Shown: piece by piece, positions 16,963 through 30,801 of the stretch
How positions within the stretch are numbered: the stretch's first letter is position 1
Layout of the letters: the number at the start of each line of letters is the position of its first letter
Assembly (NCBI RefSeq): GCF_009914755.1
Contig: NC_060926.1
Length of the DNA stretch: 64,000 nt
Direction: 5' to 3' (one strand)
Origin: the human T2T-CHM13v2.0 reference genome, Homo sapiens
Program-made: the position numbers and the translations under genes
The notes under the pieces: model-generated
Told to the model about the DNA's origin: nothing
Database searches by the model: none
Seen by the model: only the letters and a program-made list of their open reading frames with translations

Positions 16963-17149
16963 AGGAGTGGGATCTCTTTCTTTGGCAGTCTACTTCGATT
17001 TTGTTTGAGTACCCCCAAATTCTCACCATGGAACAACTTTGAGATTTTGAATTAGAGCCCAGGTTAGTCAGGAATTATACTTCACATATTTGAGTTGTAA
17101 TTACATCATATCAGAAACCACTTGCGAACTTTTTGCAGTAGCCCATTGT

Positions 17150-18070
17150 AATCTGATGTATTTAATTTGTTATTATGACACCCTCCCAAAAGGACTCAAA
17201 GTAGCTTATAAAGGTAACAAAGTTCCAGAAGATAATTTTGGTGGTCACTGTAGGTTGTGATTTTCCTCCTTTTTCTGTCAATCAACCCCTGATTTTGTCC
17301 AGGTGGTCATAGGCCCAGCAAAAAAATATTACATTTCCCAGGGTACCTTCCAGCTGGGGTTGGTCATATGAAGAAGTTCTGGCTAATGAAAATAAGCAGA
17401 AATGGCACATGCCTTTTGATATCTGTGCTGCTTCTCTTCATCCCTGGAATTGAGGATTCAGCCCTGGAGTAGAACCGCCATCTTGAGAGCACAAGACAAT
17501 TGTGAAGGAGAAAGTCTCCTCTCCGGTTATGTGAAAAAATAAAACTCTACTTTTTAAGCACCCATCTGAGGAGTGTCTCATGCTTACAACCAAACCTAAT
17601 ACCTGACAGAATAACAGTCAGTGAGAAATATGAAACAAAAGAAAAACATAGGCAGGAACATAACGCAAAACCAGGAATCTATCTACAGTGTGTACTAAAA
17701 TATGTACCGTGAAGTGCTATATGCTCTCTATGGGCAGGTCAGATATTCATTTCCAAGATGTCTAGAGGACAATAAGAGGAGACAGATGTGGTCAGTTATT
17801 TGTCCATAAGAAAAAAGCATACTTACCCAGAAAAAGAAAATGAATTTTGATGGCAAGACAAGACAGATATTTCTCTCCACTGTTGTTTACAGCATGAAAA
17901 ACAGTGTTCTTGTCAGTAGCCCTACAGCAGCAAATGTCTCTGGGTAGTTCTAGTAACTGATGGTCTCATCCAAAGTGCAGTGAAGAAAACAGTTAGGGTA
18001 TTTAGACAAATAAATGGACCACACATCTCTCAGGCAATCCTTCATAGCTAGGCTTCCTCTACTGTTTTCT
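17150..18070. mobile_element. MamRep605-like ancient repeat, interrupted by an MLT1 LTR
   Basis: cccaaaaggactcaaagtagcttataa, gtgctatatgctc, tgtccataagaaaaaagc and gatatttctctcc resemble the remembered consensus. Confidence 0.45.
17239..17616 (+). mobile_element. MLT1J-type MaLR LTR
   Basis: ttccagctggggttggtcatatgaagaagttctggctaatgaaaataagcagaa; gccatcttg; aataaaactc; ends cctgacagaataaca. Confidence 0.75.
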
Positions 18071-19189
18071 AGGTGAACTACATTAAAAATCTTACGAAAA
18101 CTGCAGACCTCTGAACAGAAAATTGCACATACACACCAAATTTTACCAACCATTTAAACTCAAATTAACCAATCAAACCCAGAGTTAAGGGTTTGAAAAT
18201 TCCAGGTTAAGAACCCAGTCCCAATCTGTATTCTCGGGGGGACTTATTTTACAAGATGTTTGTTTTCATGTAAGTATGATGAGCCACTGTCCCAGTTTTC
18301 TTGAGAGGGAACAGTTTCTTGGGATGCAGAATAAGTAGAAAATCATACACCTTAACCGTTTGCCAAGCTTTGGTGTGTGGGGATGTGTGTACGTGTGTGT
18401 GTGTGTATGCGTATGCATTGTGGAGGTAGGTAGGCCTCTAGCTGTGAAAATTAAGGGTTTCACAAGGATATGTGCTTGAATGCGTGGATACCTACAAGTC
18501 TAAGAGGCTCACACTGGCAGGACTGGACTCTCACTTCATCAAAATCAATTTTAAACCGTCACCAAAGTGCAAACAAATGAAAAAACACAATTCCAAAATC
18601 TGATGCCTTTTTCCAAAGCTACAGTGATTTGTATGTACTAGTCATCTTGACTGTATTTTTATATCCCTGACACTTCTTGGTATATCTTCTGAAGTAATTA
18701 TTTGCAAAATATAACCCAAAGTTACCAAATGGAGAGATTTATCATGTGAAAATAATTATCCATAAACTAGTTACAAGTTGGAGAGAATCATACAAATTTA
18801 TTAATTTGGTTGCAGAATGGTTGACTTTAGGTTTTAGAATCATCAAGGTCCTTCTTTGTGGTAATATTTAAATAGTAGGACCGTTTTCTGTTTTTAAATT
18901 AAAGTCACCCCTAGACTCTCTTATTAAAACTATATTAATTATGTGTAAGGGAATTGTTGATTTTCTAATCTTTTTAGGTTGGTTGGTTGAAGGAAGGTTG
19001 GCCCTTGATAGCTGGATAAGTAATGAAAAATGGTTATCAGACTAGGAGAAAAGGCAAAATCTGTCTTTGTTTTAATTGTTTGGCAATTGTTAACTGCCCA
19101 GTCAAGAGATCTTTCCTACCGTCCTTTTCTCTTATGCTAGGTAGTACTCTCATAAAATTCTGAAGAGACATCAATGCCATTTTTTAAAA

Positions 19190-19331
19190 ATTTATTATTA
19201 TTTTTTTTTTTTGTGGAGATGAGGGTCTCCCTATGTTGGCCAGGCTGGTCTTGAACTCCTGGCCTCAACCAATCCTCCCAAATCAGCTCCCAAAGTCCTG
19301 GGATTATAGGCATGAGCCACCACACCCAACC
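19190..19331 (-). mobile_element. FLAM (Alu left monomer)
   Basis: T-tail, then gagatgagggtctccctatgttggccaggctggtcttgaactcctggcctcaa...gagccacc; monomer length. Confidence 0.9.
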
Positions 19332-19439
19332 TAACATCAGTCTTCTAAATTCAAATAGTTTGACTCAGCCCCATTCAAAGGCTTGTAAAAGTCAGTAAGA
19401 ACTGCAAAAGTCTTACTTTATTCTTGAACACTTTTTCAT

Positions 19440-19732
19440 AAGATAAAGGGCCCCTCACTTGCAGCAGCCCTGGTGATGTGGGAGCTGCTGGTTGCATTCT
19501 AAGCGGGCAGGGAAAGTCAGGTTGCAATCTGGAAACATTTTATTAAGCATTTCTGATGGGAGGTCTCAGAAGAAATCTCCAAGACTGAAAATTTCTTGTG
19601 ATTCCCTTTCTCATTCTAAAATGCACCTAATTTGTGCCTAGTTTTGTGTTTGTAATTTTATATTCTTTTTCCTAAAGGTGGATCTCCAAGTTGTATAAGC
19701 TTTAGATTCCACAAAACATGAAACTACCCATG
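19440..19732 (-). mobile_element. MER53-related hAT DNA transposon relic
   Basis: gggcccctcacttgca at the left; aagttgtataagctttagattccacaaaacatg at the right. Confidence 0.5.
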
Positions 19733-21519
19733 TATGAAGTCCACTAGATGATTATTTCCCTGAGAAGCTCAAATTTACTATTTGCCAAGAGGCTGGCATA
19801 AGGTTTATACAGGACAGCCACTAAACTAACTAGAATCATTTACCAAATCCCAGATTGTATCCCAACAGAGTTTGAAAAAAAAGATGGGGATGGAGGCTTA
19901 TCAGTTAGTCAAGTACATTAGCAATGTGAATGATTAAGTAAGTTCTTTGTTGTTCATTTGTTATGTCATGCCTCTCCTTGTATGCTTGTAGATTACAGAT
20001 ACTTCCCCTCAAAGGAATAAACCACTGGACTAAGAAAAATGTGCACATATCATTTTGAGGGCACCAGGTATAGATTGCAGAGTCAATGAATTTTGACATT
20101 TGAGCTATCCAAAATGAGAAAGGGAAAATGGGAGCAGGGAAATGATTAAAAAAAAAAAAGCATTGTACACTGAATATGAAGAGTTTGATGGCTTTGGGAA
20201 AAAAGTTTTGTTCATCCAGCTAAAAATGATGTTATTTCTGTCTATGAATTTCTGCCATATGATATAACTTTGGGTTTGTAAGTAGTATTTTTTTTTAAAT
20301 TAAAGAATACCTTATGTTGCCTTGCAAAATAGTTTTTTGCTATTTGTGAAGAGTTTTCTTTGGTTAGGGGATATATTAATTGGTCTCAATAATATAACAA
20401 CTAATCTTGAGCCAAATATCAACCAACTTTATTAATACAAACCAAATATCTTCTATGTGTCCTCATTTTACAACAGCATGTTCTGAAATATAAGAAAAGC
20501 TATCCTTGAAGTATTTCCAGACAAATTAAAGACAGGAAATACCAGAGAATTCATGTGCTGAACTCTCATTAGATTTACTGCCCAATTTAGCTGTTTCAGC
20601 ATGAGCCTGGGATATGCCTCCATACATTTTGATGTGAATTCCAAGTGGACTGAACTTGTAGAGCTTTAGAATTTCATCTATCACTTTGCATTTCTCTGAT
20701 TTTGGGTTATATGTCACCATTAATCATAAAAATGCAAGATCCCTTGAAGTGTGGCTACTTGGGCTCCTCTGTGGAGTTAAAAGGGCAAAAATGAACAAAC
20801 CAATAAACACATCAAATTGATATCTGAGCAAAATGATCGAGATTTATGTCTCAGAATTATTTAGAATTTTATATTTTCAAATATTTTCTGGGTGGTTTAA
20901 GTACAGCATTTTCTGAGGAGTGTGATGTGACTTTCTGGATTACTTTACTCTGCCTCCATGAGGAAATTTAGCAGTGTATGTGGAATCTGAAGCCCACATC
21001 TGATCTCCCTTGGGTTTGCTGCCCTCAATATAGCTGTCACCACATGCTTAATGCTCCTTTGACATCCTGGTCTCCATATTGTTAAGACAATGAAATAGGC
21101 AATTATATAAAATAGAAATATTTGTGGAACACATAGCTAATGGTCCAAATGGAATGTGAGTTATTTTTATTTGTAAAAAAAAAGTTTCTGTAATTCTCTT
21201 ACTTGATATTTTTTATTGGTTCCTCATTGGCTACATCTGAGGTTCTCAGATTCAGGTTCATGGAATGAGAACCATTCTGTGATAAAAGTTTCAATGTATC
21301 GAAACTTAAAAAAAAATTGTTGGGGCTTTTCTGTTCATAGAAATAAATTGACTACTTTTAAGGGACTGTTTTTTTCTGCGACTTACGTCCTTCCTACTTT
21401 CTGGTATTTTTTAAAAACCATGTTCTAAAATGAAATGCTGATGTTTGCAAATGTATGTTTGAAAAAAATGATTTAATTTGGCAACATAAAAACTTGGCCA
21501 TCTTAAAATGTCTTTGAAA

Positions 21520-22010
21520 TTCACTGGTCTGTAAAATCCAAAAGTCTAGGAATGACTGCCTCATGAGATGATGATTAACTTCTTCTTGTGGCATCTAAGC
21601 CTCTTCGCAGTCTGGTCCATGCCTATTTTCCAGCATCATTCTTCACCATTTTAAACCCAAGAATTCTGGGATGGAGACACACTTAAAGAGTTGTATTACA
21701 TACTTCCACACCTTGTCCTTCTAAAAATCTCCTAATTAGCTTTCAAACTCGGGAAAAAAAGTCACCTCTTCTGTGAAGCCTTCCCTGATAACCCCATCTA
21801 GACTTTCTGTGAAGAGATTGGTTACCCTGTTTTCAGCTTTCACTGCTTCTAGGTATGGCACTAGCCAATGATATAAAGATGTGTTTGCTTGACTGCCTCA
21901 CATAGGGTGAAATTCTTTTTTTTTTTTTTTCCTGGTTTATTTCTTTATCCCCTGCATCTATGCCAATAGTTTATACGTAATAGGTGCACAATAAATATAT
22001 GATTGGATTT
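21520..22010 (+). mobile_element. L2 3' region
   Basis: gtcacctcttctgtgaagccttccctga...taggtgcacaataaatat. Confidence 0.7.
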
Positions 22011-23540
22011 TGGGTGGATAATCAAATAATATCTTGCAAAAGTCCTGCTATTAATTTATTTGGTAATTTATAAAGAAATACTGTAAGTGCCTATTATTAA
22101 ACAGGTTCATTAGGCATCATGATGGTTGCATTGTGTAAAATATAGCCTTTGTTTATAAACTGCTTATAATCTAATTGAGGAAGGCAATCCACAGAGCAAA
22201 TGTTATCTAACCAATACACAAAATGATCAAAGACTAGGGCAGTATGTATTATGTGCAATCAATGGAGATGATGTAAAGGAAGTACTGGGGTGAATGTTTT
22301 CTACTTTTTCTCCTTGAATCCTCCAGAGGCTTCGAGGAGGATGTACAAATATTCTGAACCCTCTTTGCCACATAGCCAAAGCCACACAAAATTGGGACTC
22401 CCATTCTCTTTCCCAAAGCTGTTTCCTGCATTCACTGTGCAACCTCTTGACTTGTTTGCCTATTTATAGTCTTGCTTCATCCCTCATGCTTGACACTCAG
22501 AACTGCTTTTCTGTCTCTGATGCTTCAGTTTTCCCCTGCCACCATCTGTAATTGATACTTGCTGGTTGGTTTTGTAGCCTCCCGTAAAGACCTAGAGTAA
22601 ATAACCCACTTGGCATTTTCTTTCTTTCTTTCTTTTTGACAAAAAGTTTTTAATAAAGTACTTCTTTATTAGCAAAAAATAACCAACTTTTTTTTACACA
22701 AAAGTAGTGTTTTTCATAAGAATTAAAGATTTCTCATAAGCATAAAAGAATAAAAGGTGCTCATTTGTATACATGTGGAGCATCTTTAAGATGTTCAAAG
22801 TAAATTAAAATGTGAGTCTTTCTGAAGTGAGCTTTGTTGCTTACATGAATGCTTGATCACTGACATGTTCACCTGAGGGCAAAGGATCTACAATTTACAG
22901 CAATCATGCAGAAATGGGTTTTCTTTCATATGGATTCTACTTGGTTCTGCTCTTATACTTTGTTTTTTATTAAAAAAATTAAAATGTTAAGTGGAAACAA
23001 ACAAAAACTAGGAAGGCCCTGAGAAGACTGCACCATGAAAATAGCATCATGAAGAGGCTGCCTGAATTCTACACCATAGATTGAATGAGAACCGCTTGCT
23101 GCCTCTGGGTCTTCACTGGCTTATGGGTAAATTTAGGGGAGGAAGAGATAATTACTAAGATGTCTTCTCAATTCTCAAATGATTTGCAGAGATGTTATAT
23201 TAATTTTTTTCATTTTGCCTACATATATGCTTGATTTCAAAACTTCAAACTCTACAGAAGTAAATAAAATCTTAAAGTGTTTTTATTTATGTACACCTAC
23301 CCCTCACATAAATGCATACACTTACACACACTCCACCCACATTCATATTCAGAAATGTAAAACACTGATCCTCCTTTACTTGAACTCACTCGTGGAGTAT
23401 CTCTCAGACTGTGTTCTCTAAGTCCATGGAAAAACACAAAAATAACTTTCATTCTTCCTACTTTAGTCTATGATAAGCAACATACAAATATTACTTGCAG
23501 AATTAAACTTCATAGAATCTCAGTAATTATTTGCAAGTAA

Positions 23541-23889
<349 letters not shown>

Positions 23890-24439
23890 TAAAGGTCATT
23901 TTCATCTTTATTCAAGTCTTTAGGTTTACTTTGTTTTTTAAATCAACTTCCAAGCAACATATAAATATTATTTTCTTTAACTTAAACCAATTTTTACCCT
24001 GCTTTCATTTGCTTAGATGCGACATAAGCCCCAGTTTTCTACTGTTTTGTTTTTGTTTTTGGATGAAATCTTAGTTGTTTAATGAACTTCAATATTTATA
24101 TTTAGTTAAAACTCTGCTATCATTTATAACCAGATGAGACAGCCATGGAAAGATAAATTGATAATTTATGCCTCTTGCATTAGGGAAACAGTTCTTGTAT
24201 TTACAATATGCTGAGCACAGCAATTCCCTGCCTAGCCTCCTAATATTTGTGTACATTTTTATGGAGGAGTGTGACTTTCAAATTAAAAATGATTTGTTGC
24301 AAGAATATTGACTAGGAAATGCATCCTGAGAGAAGACAGCAGAGAAGAAGTAATGAGATTTTTTTGCTACCCCTAGCCCTGGGCTATTCAATAATTTTTC
24401 TTCTTTAAAGCTAAGAGGAAGAAAGAGAGCCTCAAACTG

Positions 24440-25940
24440 AGTGGCAGATGTTAAGTCAGGAAATGGGAAACTCCGCCTTCGCAAGAGCTTGAGTCGTCTC
24501 CGTGACCTCTGTGGCCTCGTTGAAAGGCTTTCTCTGAATTGAATGACAACACGGAGGCTGAGGGTAAGATTGCAAATCAGAGAACGTGGGTATGAATGGG
24601 AAGCTTTGACCCCTGCCCCTTGGGTGGTAGTTCAGACCTGGGTTAGGGTGAGGTGTGGAATTGCACTTCCAGATTGCAGCCCTGCCAGGAAGGTTTTTGC
24701 AATGCTGGGTGGTCTGGTAGGGTTTGAGGTCCCCCCACCAAGAGAAGAACCTAAGAAACTTCGCCTGCTCTTACCCTGGTTTCTGCTTGGCATCTCTACT
24801 TCTATGTTTCAGTTCTTCTTTCAGTACATCCAAATTGGCATCCGGGACTTGAGCACCATATGGCCCAGATGTTTTCTAGAATCACTGTGGGCATGCAAAC
24901 AGAGACCACTGCCAGGGAGCCACTCCTACCTCATACTTCAGAGCATTTACACAATGATGTGGCTCAGAACAGATATAAGGCCCCTGCAGAAAGAGGACAC
25001 CAACTGGTATGAACATGAGAGGGACAAAGAAAACAGTTCTGAACACGGTCTTTTAAGGTGGGGCTTTTTATGCCATTTTTTGTTTAAGTATTGCAAAAAT
25101 TAACAAAACAGAACTGTAATGATTTAAACTTTTTAGCGGGAAATTCAAGAAATGTTTTGTTTTTATGTATTTTTTTTAAAGATGAGAGTTACCAAATCTA
25201 AACAACTTTTAAAATCTTCTTTAATAAAGTTGGTCCATTTTTCTCAAAACCTGCATCTTTGACAATTTATCATACATTGAGCTCTTCTCTCTCTCTTTAC
25301 TGCATTTATCCAATTCATTTGATCTCTTCTTCCCTTATCGTTGCTTGTTAGCCAGGTAACCCTGGGAATATGTGCCTTTTAGCAACTTTCTGTGCACTTC
25401 CTTGTGTGTAACCTGCTGCCAAGCAGACAAAAATTATATTTATCACATTGGGGCAGGTTTTCACTACTGATAAGTATCAGCTGTCTAGAGAGCAGGTATG
25501 GAGAAGTTATAGGAGCAGCCTACGGAGACCAAAAACACACGGAGAAACAAGGGCTGCTAAACGGACATTTCCCTCAGAGGGACCAGCATGTGTTCCCAGC
25601 CAAGATGAAGAAGACACAGAGGGTGGGGGGAACTCTAAGAAAGAAAGGGGTTTTCAAGGGAGGGTGAGGGAGAAAAGGAGACAAAGTTAGCAGAGAAGGG
25701 AAATACTTTAGGTCTCAGAATGTGGCATCATAATTTTATTTGAAGTGATTGGGCTTAGAACAATAACACTGGCAAAGCCATCAGCTACTAGGAGGTTTCT
25801 TGAGGGATAACAAATCCTTTTGCTTTGATCAGGTTCTGTTGATTTTGGAAAGGGGGTGAAGTACGTTCTCACCCGGCGGTATGGGGTTTACTCCAGGGAG
25901 GCCCTTGATCACTTACTGGTATGCGTTTATCAGAATCATT
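24440..25940. promoter_or_regulatory. Candidate enhancer/promoter block (unique sequence)
   Basis: Local CpG clusters, GGGAAACTCC at 24465-24474, adjacent CAGGAAAT, several GATA motifs and CAGCTG. Motif evidence only. Confidence 0.35.
24775..24983 (-). other. Candidate non-coding exon (209 nt)
   Basis: Acceptor gtgtcctctttctgcag|G and donor CAGG|gtaaga; stops in all three frames. Confidence 0.3.
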
Positions 25941-26591
25941 GTCATCATTGTCATCATTTTCACCTTGTTTATTTGTCCATCACTAGGGATATAATACCCA
26001 GCATCATTCCTTTGTGTGTGTATTTATGTGTGTATGCAGAAGAAGCATTGATAGACTGGAAAAAAGAGATGAGAGGGCTCAGGAGGTTGAAAAAGCAATG
26101 AAGTAGGCACAGTTAGTGATGAGACACTGGGATGAAAGTACTTCAGATTTCAAAGGGTACAATTTCTTGTGATGTCCCCTTTTGGGGTGTAGCCAGGGCA
26201 ATGCGAAAGCAAGAGTGGAGGAAAGACAAAAATTATTGAGAATCAGCTGGTAAAAAAGCTTCAAGATGGCTATTAGTATATCTTCTTTGGAGAAATATTT
26301 ATCAAGTCCTTTGCTAATTTTTAAATTGGGCCATTTGCATTTTTATTATTGAACTGTAAGAGTTCTTTTTATATATTCTGGATACTAGACCCTTATCTGA
26401 TTTGCATATTAGTTTATCCTGTTCTGTGGGTTGCCATTTCACTTTCTTAAAAGTATCCTTTCATGTACAAAAGTTTTAAATTTTAAACAAGTTCAATTTA
26501 CCCATTTTATTTTTTGTTTCTTATGCTTTCAGTGTCATATCTAAGAAGGCTTTACCTCATCCATGGTCATGAAGATGTACTCCCATACTTT

Positions 26592-26806
26592 CTTTTCTCC
26601 TTTGTTTTTTATTGACACATAATAATTGTACATATTTATGGGGTACAGTTTTGATACATTTAAACAATGTGTGAGAACCAAAGCAGAGTATTTAACATGA
26701 CCATAATCTTATACATTTATCATTTCTTTATGGTGAAAACATTCAACATCCCTTCGTCTAGCGATTTTGGAATATAAAATGCAATATTGTTAACTGTAGC
26801 CACACT
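26592..26806 (-). mobile_element. Short L1MA 3' end insertion
   Basis: tttttattgacacataataattgtacatatttatggggtaca; TSD tactcccatacttt 26578-26591 / tattctcatacttt 26807-26820. Confidence 0.8.
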
Positions 26807-26868
26807 TATTCTCATACTTTAATAATTTTATGGTTTTAGCCCTTATATTTAGGTATATGATGCATTTT

Positions 26869-29800
26869 TTAAAGCTAAAATTCAATTCATTTATCTTTTT
26901 TTTATAATTTCAACTTCTGTCTTAGATTCAGAGGGTACACATGCAGGTTTGTTACATGGGTATACTGCATGATGCTGAGGTTTGGAGTACAAATGATCCC
27001 ATCATCCAGGCAGTGAGTATAACACCCAGTAGGTACTTTTTCAGCCCCTCTACCTCTCTTCCCATTCTAGTAGTCCTCAGTGCCTATTGTTTCTATCTTT
27101 ATGTCCATGTGTACCCAATGCTTAGCTCCCTTACAAGTGACAATATATGGTGTTTGGTTTTCTGTTCCTGAGTAAATTCACTTGGGATAATGGCCTCCAG
27201 CTGCATTCACGTTGCCACAAATAACTTGATTTCATTCTTTTTTATGGCTGTGTAGTATTCCATGGTGGATATATACCACATTTTCTTTATCTAATCCACT
27301 GTTGATGGACACCTAGGTTGATTCCATGTCTTTGCTATTGTGAATAGCACTGTCTTTTTGGTAGAACATATGAGTGCATGTATCTTTTTGGATTTATTTT
27401 CCTTTGGGTATACACCCAGTAATGGGATTGTTGGGTCAAATGGTAGTTCTGTTTTATGTTCTTTGAGAAATCTCCATGCTGCCTTCCACAGTGTTAAATT
27501 AATTTACATTCCTACCAACAGCGTATATGTGTTCTCTTTTTCTCACTGTCTTGCTTGTTATTTTTTGACTTTTTCATAATAGCCATTCTGACAGGTGTGA
27601 GATAGTATTTCATTGTGGTTTTGATTTGCATTTCTCTAATGATTAGTGATGTTGAGCATTTTTCATATGTTTGTTGGTCATTTATATGTCTTCTTTGAAG
27701 AAGTGTCTGTTCATGTCTTTTGCCTACTTTTTAATGGGGTTATTTGTTTTTTGCTTGTTGAATTAAGTTCCTCATAGATCGTGGATATTAAACCTTTGTC
27801 AGATGCATAGTTTGTGAATACTTTCTTCTATTCTGTAGGTTGTCAGTGTACTCTATTCATAGTTTCTTTTGCTGTACAGAAGCTCTTTAATTAGTTCTCA
27901 ATTGTCAGTTTTTGTTTTTGTTGCAGTTGCTTTTAAGGACTTAGTTATAAATTATTTCCCAAGGCTGATGTTCAGAATGGTATTTCCTAGAGTTTCTTCT
28001 AGGGTTTTTATAGTTTGAAGTCCTACATTTAAGCCTTTAATCCACCTGGAGTTAAGTTTTGTATATAGTAAAAGGTAGGGGTCGAGTTTCATTTTTCTGC
28101 ATAAGCCTAGCCAGCTATCCCAGAACCATTTATTGAATAGGGAGTCCTTTTCTCATTGCTAATTCTTGTGCACTTTGTCAAAGATCAGGCTGCAGCTGTG
28201 CAGCTTTATTTCTGGATTCTCTATTCTGTTCCATTGGTCTATGTGTCTGATTTTTTATAGATACCATGCTGTTTTTGTTACTATAGCCTTGCAGTATAGT
28301 TTTAAGTTGAGAAATGTGATGCCTCTAGCTTTGTTCTTTTTGCTTAGGATTGCTTTGGCTAGTCACACTCTTTTTTTGGTTTCTATGAATTTTATATAGT
28401 TTTTCCTAATGCTGTGAAAAATGATGTTGGTAATTTGATAGGAATAGCATCGAATCTGTAGTTTGCTTTGGACAGTATGGCCATTTGAACATTGATTCTT
28501 CCAATCCAGAAGCATGGAAGTTTTTTCCATTTGTTTGTGTCACCTGTGATTTCTTTCAGTAGTATTTTATAGTTCTCCTATAGAGATCATTCACCTCCTT
28601 GATTAAGAGGTATTCCTAGGTATTTTTTTTTGTGGCTATTGTAAATAGGATTGCATTTTTTTATTTAGCTCTCACTTTGAACATTATTGCTGTATAGGAA
28701 TTCTACTGATTTTTCTACATTGGTTTTGTTTCCTAAAATTTTACCAAAGTCATTGATCAGTTACAGGCACATTTTGGCAGAGTTCTTAGGGTTTTCTAGG
28801 GATAGAATCTCTCTCTCTTTTTTTTTTTTTTTTAACTGATTGGTATGGAATCATATCATCAGTGTAGAGAGTTAACTTGACTTTCTCTTTTCCTGTTTGG
28901 ATGCTCTTTATTTATTTCTTTTGCCTGACTTCTCTGACTAGTACTTTTAGTACTACATAGAATAGGAGTGGTGAGAGTAGACATCCTTTTCTTGTTCCAG
29001 TTCTCAAGGGAAATGCTTCTAGCTTTTGCCCGTTCAGTATGATGTTGGCTGTGGGTTTGTCATAGATGGCTTTTATTATTTTGAGACATGTTCCTTTGAT
29101 GCCAAGTTGTTGAGAGTTTTTGTCATAAGGGTATGTTGCATTTTATTGAAAGCTTTTTCTATGTCATATAATTTTCGTTTTTAATTCTGTTTATGTGGTG
29201 AATCACATTTATTGATTTGCATATGTTGAACCATCCTTGCATCCCAGGAATGAAGCCTACTTGATTGTGGTGAATTTCCTTTTTTTTTTTTTTTTTTTTT
29301 TCTGAGACAGAGTCTGGCTCAGTCGCTCAGGCTAGAATGCAGTGGCATGATCTCGGCTCACTGCAAGCTCCACCTCCCGGGTTCACACTATTCTCAGCGT
29401 GAGTAGCTGGGACTACAGGTGCCCGCCACCATGCCCAGCTAATTTTTTGTATTTTTTTTTAGTAGAGACGGGGTTTCATTGTGTTAGCCAGGATGGTCTC
29501 GATCTCCTGACCTTGTGATCTGCCCACCTTGGCCTCCCAAAGTGCTGGGATTACAGGCATGAGCCACCGCACCCAGACATTAATTTACTTTTTGATGTGC
29601 TGCCAGACTCAGTTTGCCAGTATTTTGTTGAGGATTTTTACATCTGTGTTCATTAGGAATATTGGCCTGCAGTTTTCATTTTTCATTGTGTCTCTGCTGT
29701 GTTTTGGTATCAGCGTGATGCTAGCTTCATAGAATGAGTTAGGGAGGAGTCCCTCCTCCTCGTTTTTTTGGAATAATTTCATTAGGATTGGTACCAGCTC

Positions 29801-30284
29801 TTCTTTGTATGTCTGGTAGAATTTGTGAATTCATCTGGTCTGGGGCTTTTTTGGGTTGGTAAGTTTTTTATTACTGAGTCAACTTCAGAACTTGATATTG
29901 ATCTGGTCAGTTTCTTTCTGGTTCAACCTTAGAAGGTTATATGTTGCCAGAAATTTATTTCCTCTAGATAGTCTAATTTGCGTACATGGAGGTGTTTATA
30001 AGAGTCTCTGAGGATCTTTTGTATTTCTGTGGCATCGGTTGTAATGTTACCTTTGTTGCTTCTGATTGTGCTTATTTGGATCTTCTGTCCTTTTTTCTTT
30101 GTTAATCTAGCTACTGATCTATGAATTTTGTTTATCCTTTCAAAGAGCAAACTTTTGGTTTTGATAATTTCTAAGAATTTTGATATCAGTTTTGTTCAAT
30201 TCTCTTTTAATTTTACTTGTTTTTTCTGCTAGATTTTTGGTTAGTTTATTCTTGTTTTTCTAGTTCCTTTAGGAGTGATGTTAG
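26869..30284 (-). mobile_element. L1PA15/16-type, 5'-truncated (about 3.1 kb excluding the Alu)
   Basis: 3'UTR ggtttgttacatgggtatactgcatgatgctgaggtttgg; ORF2 peptide KGNITTDATEIQKILRD; TSD atatgatgcatttt 26855-26868 / atatgatctatttt 30285-30298. Confidence 0.9.
29280..29578 (-). mobile_element. AluY-type nested in L1, with a small internal deletion
   Basis: gcaagctcc and gtgttagccaggatggtctcgatctcc; long T tail; cctgcctcagcctcc segment shortened near 29395. Confidence 0.93.
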
Positions 30285-30801
30285 ATATGATCTATTTTGA
30301 ATTAATTTTTGTGTATAATATGAAGAAGGGATTCAACTTTATGTTTTGCATATGACTCTCCAGTTGTCCTAGTATCATTTGTTGAAAAGACTATTCTTTC
30401 ACCATTGAATTGTCTTGGCACTCTTGATGAAAATCATTTCACTACCCTTGTGTCAGTGCCATTCAGTTTTGATTACTGTGGCTTTGTATGACATTTGGAA
30501 ATTGGAAAATCAGAGTTCTCCAATTTTGTTTATTCTTTTCTAGATTGTTTTTGGCTATTCCAGGTTCTTTGAGTTTCCATATGATTTTCAAGATCAGCTT
30601 GTCTATATCTGTAAAAGCCTAGCTGAAAATTTGATATGAATTGCATGGAATCTGTAGATTAATTTGGGGCATATTACCATCTTAACAATATTAAATCTTC
30701 TTATCCATGAACTTGGAGTGTCTTCCACTTATATTTTCTCAAGTAACATTCAGCAATGCTTTATATTTCTTTGTTAAATTTATTTCTATTTCTATTTTAT
30801 T

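Noticed and set aside
17827-17921. Minus-strand open exon candidate with a gtaagt donor
   Set aside because: Falls inside the MamRep605-like repeat, has a weak acceptor and an unrecognised peptide
24543-25103. 186-aa plus-strand ORF, the longest non-repeat ORF
   Set aside because: No recognisable domain, W/L/R-rich random-like composition and no supporting gene structure; splice signals here favour the opposite strand
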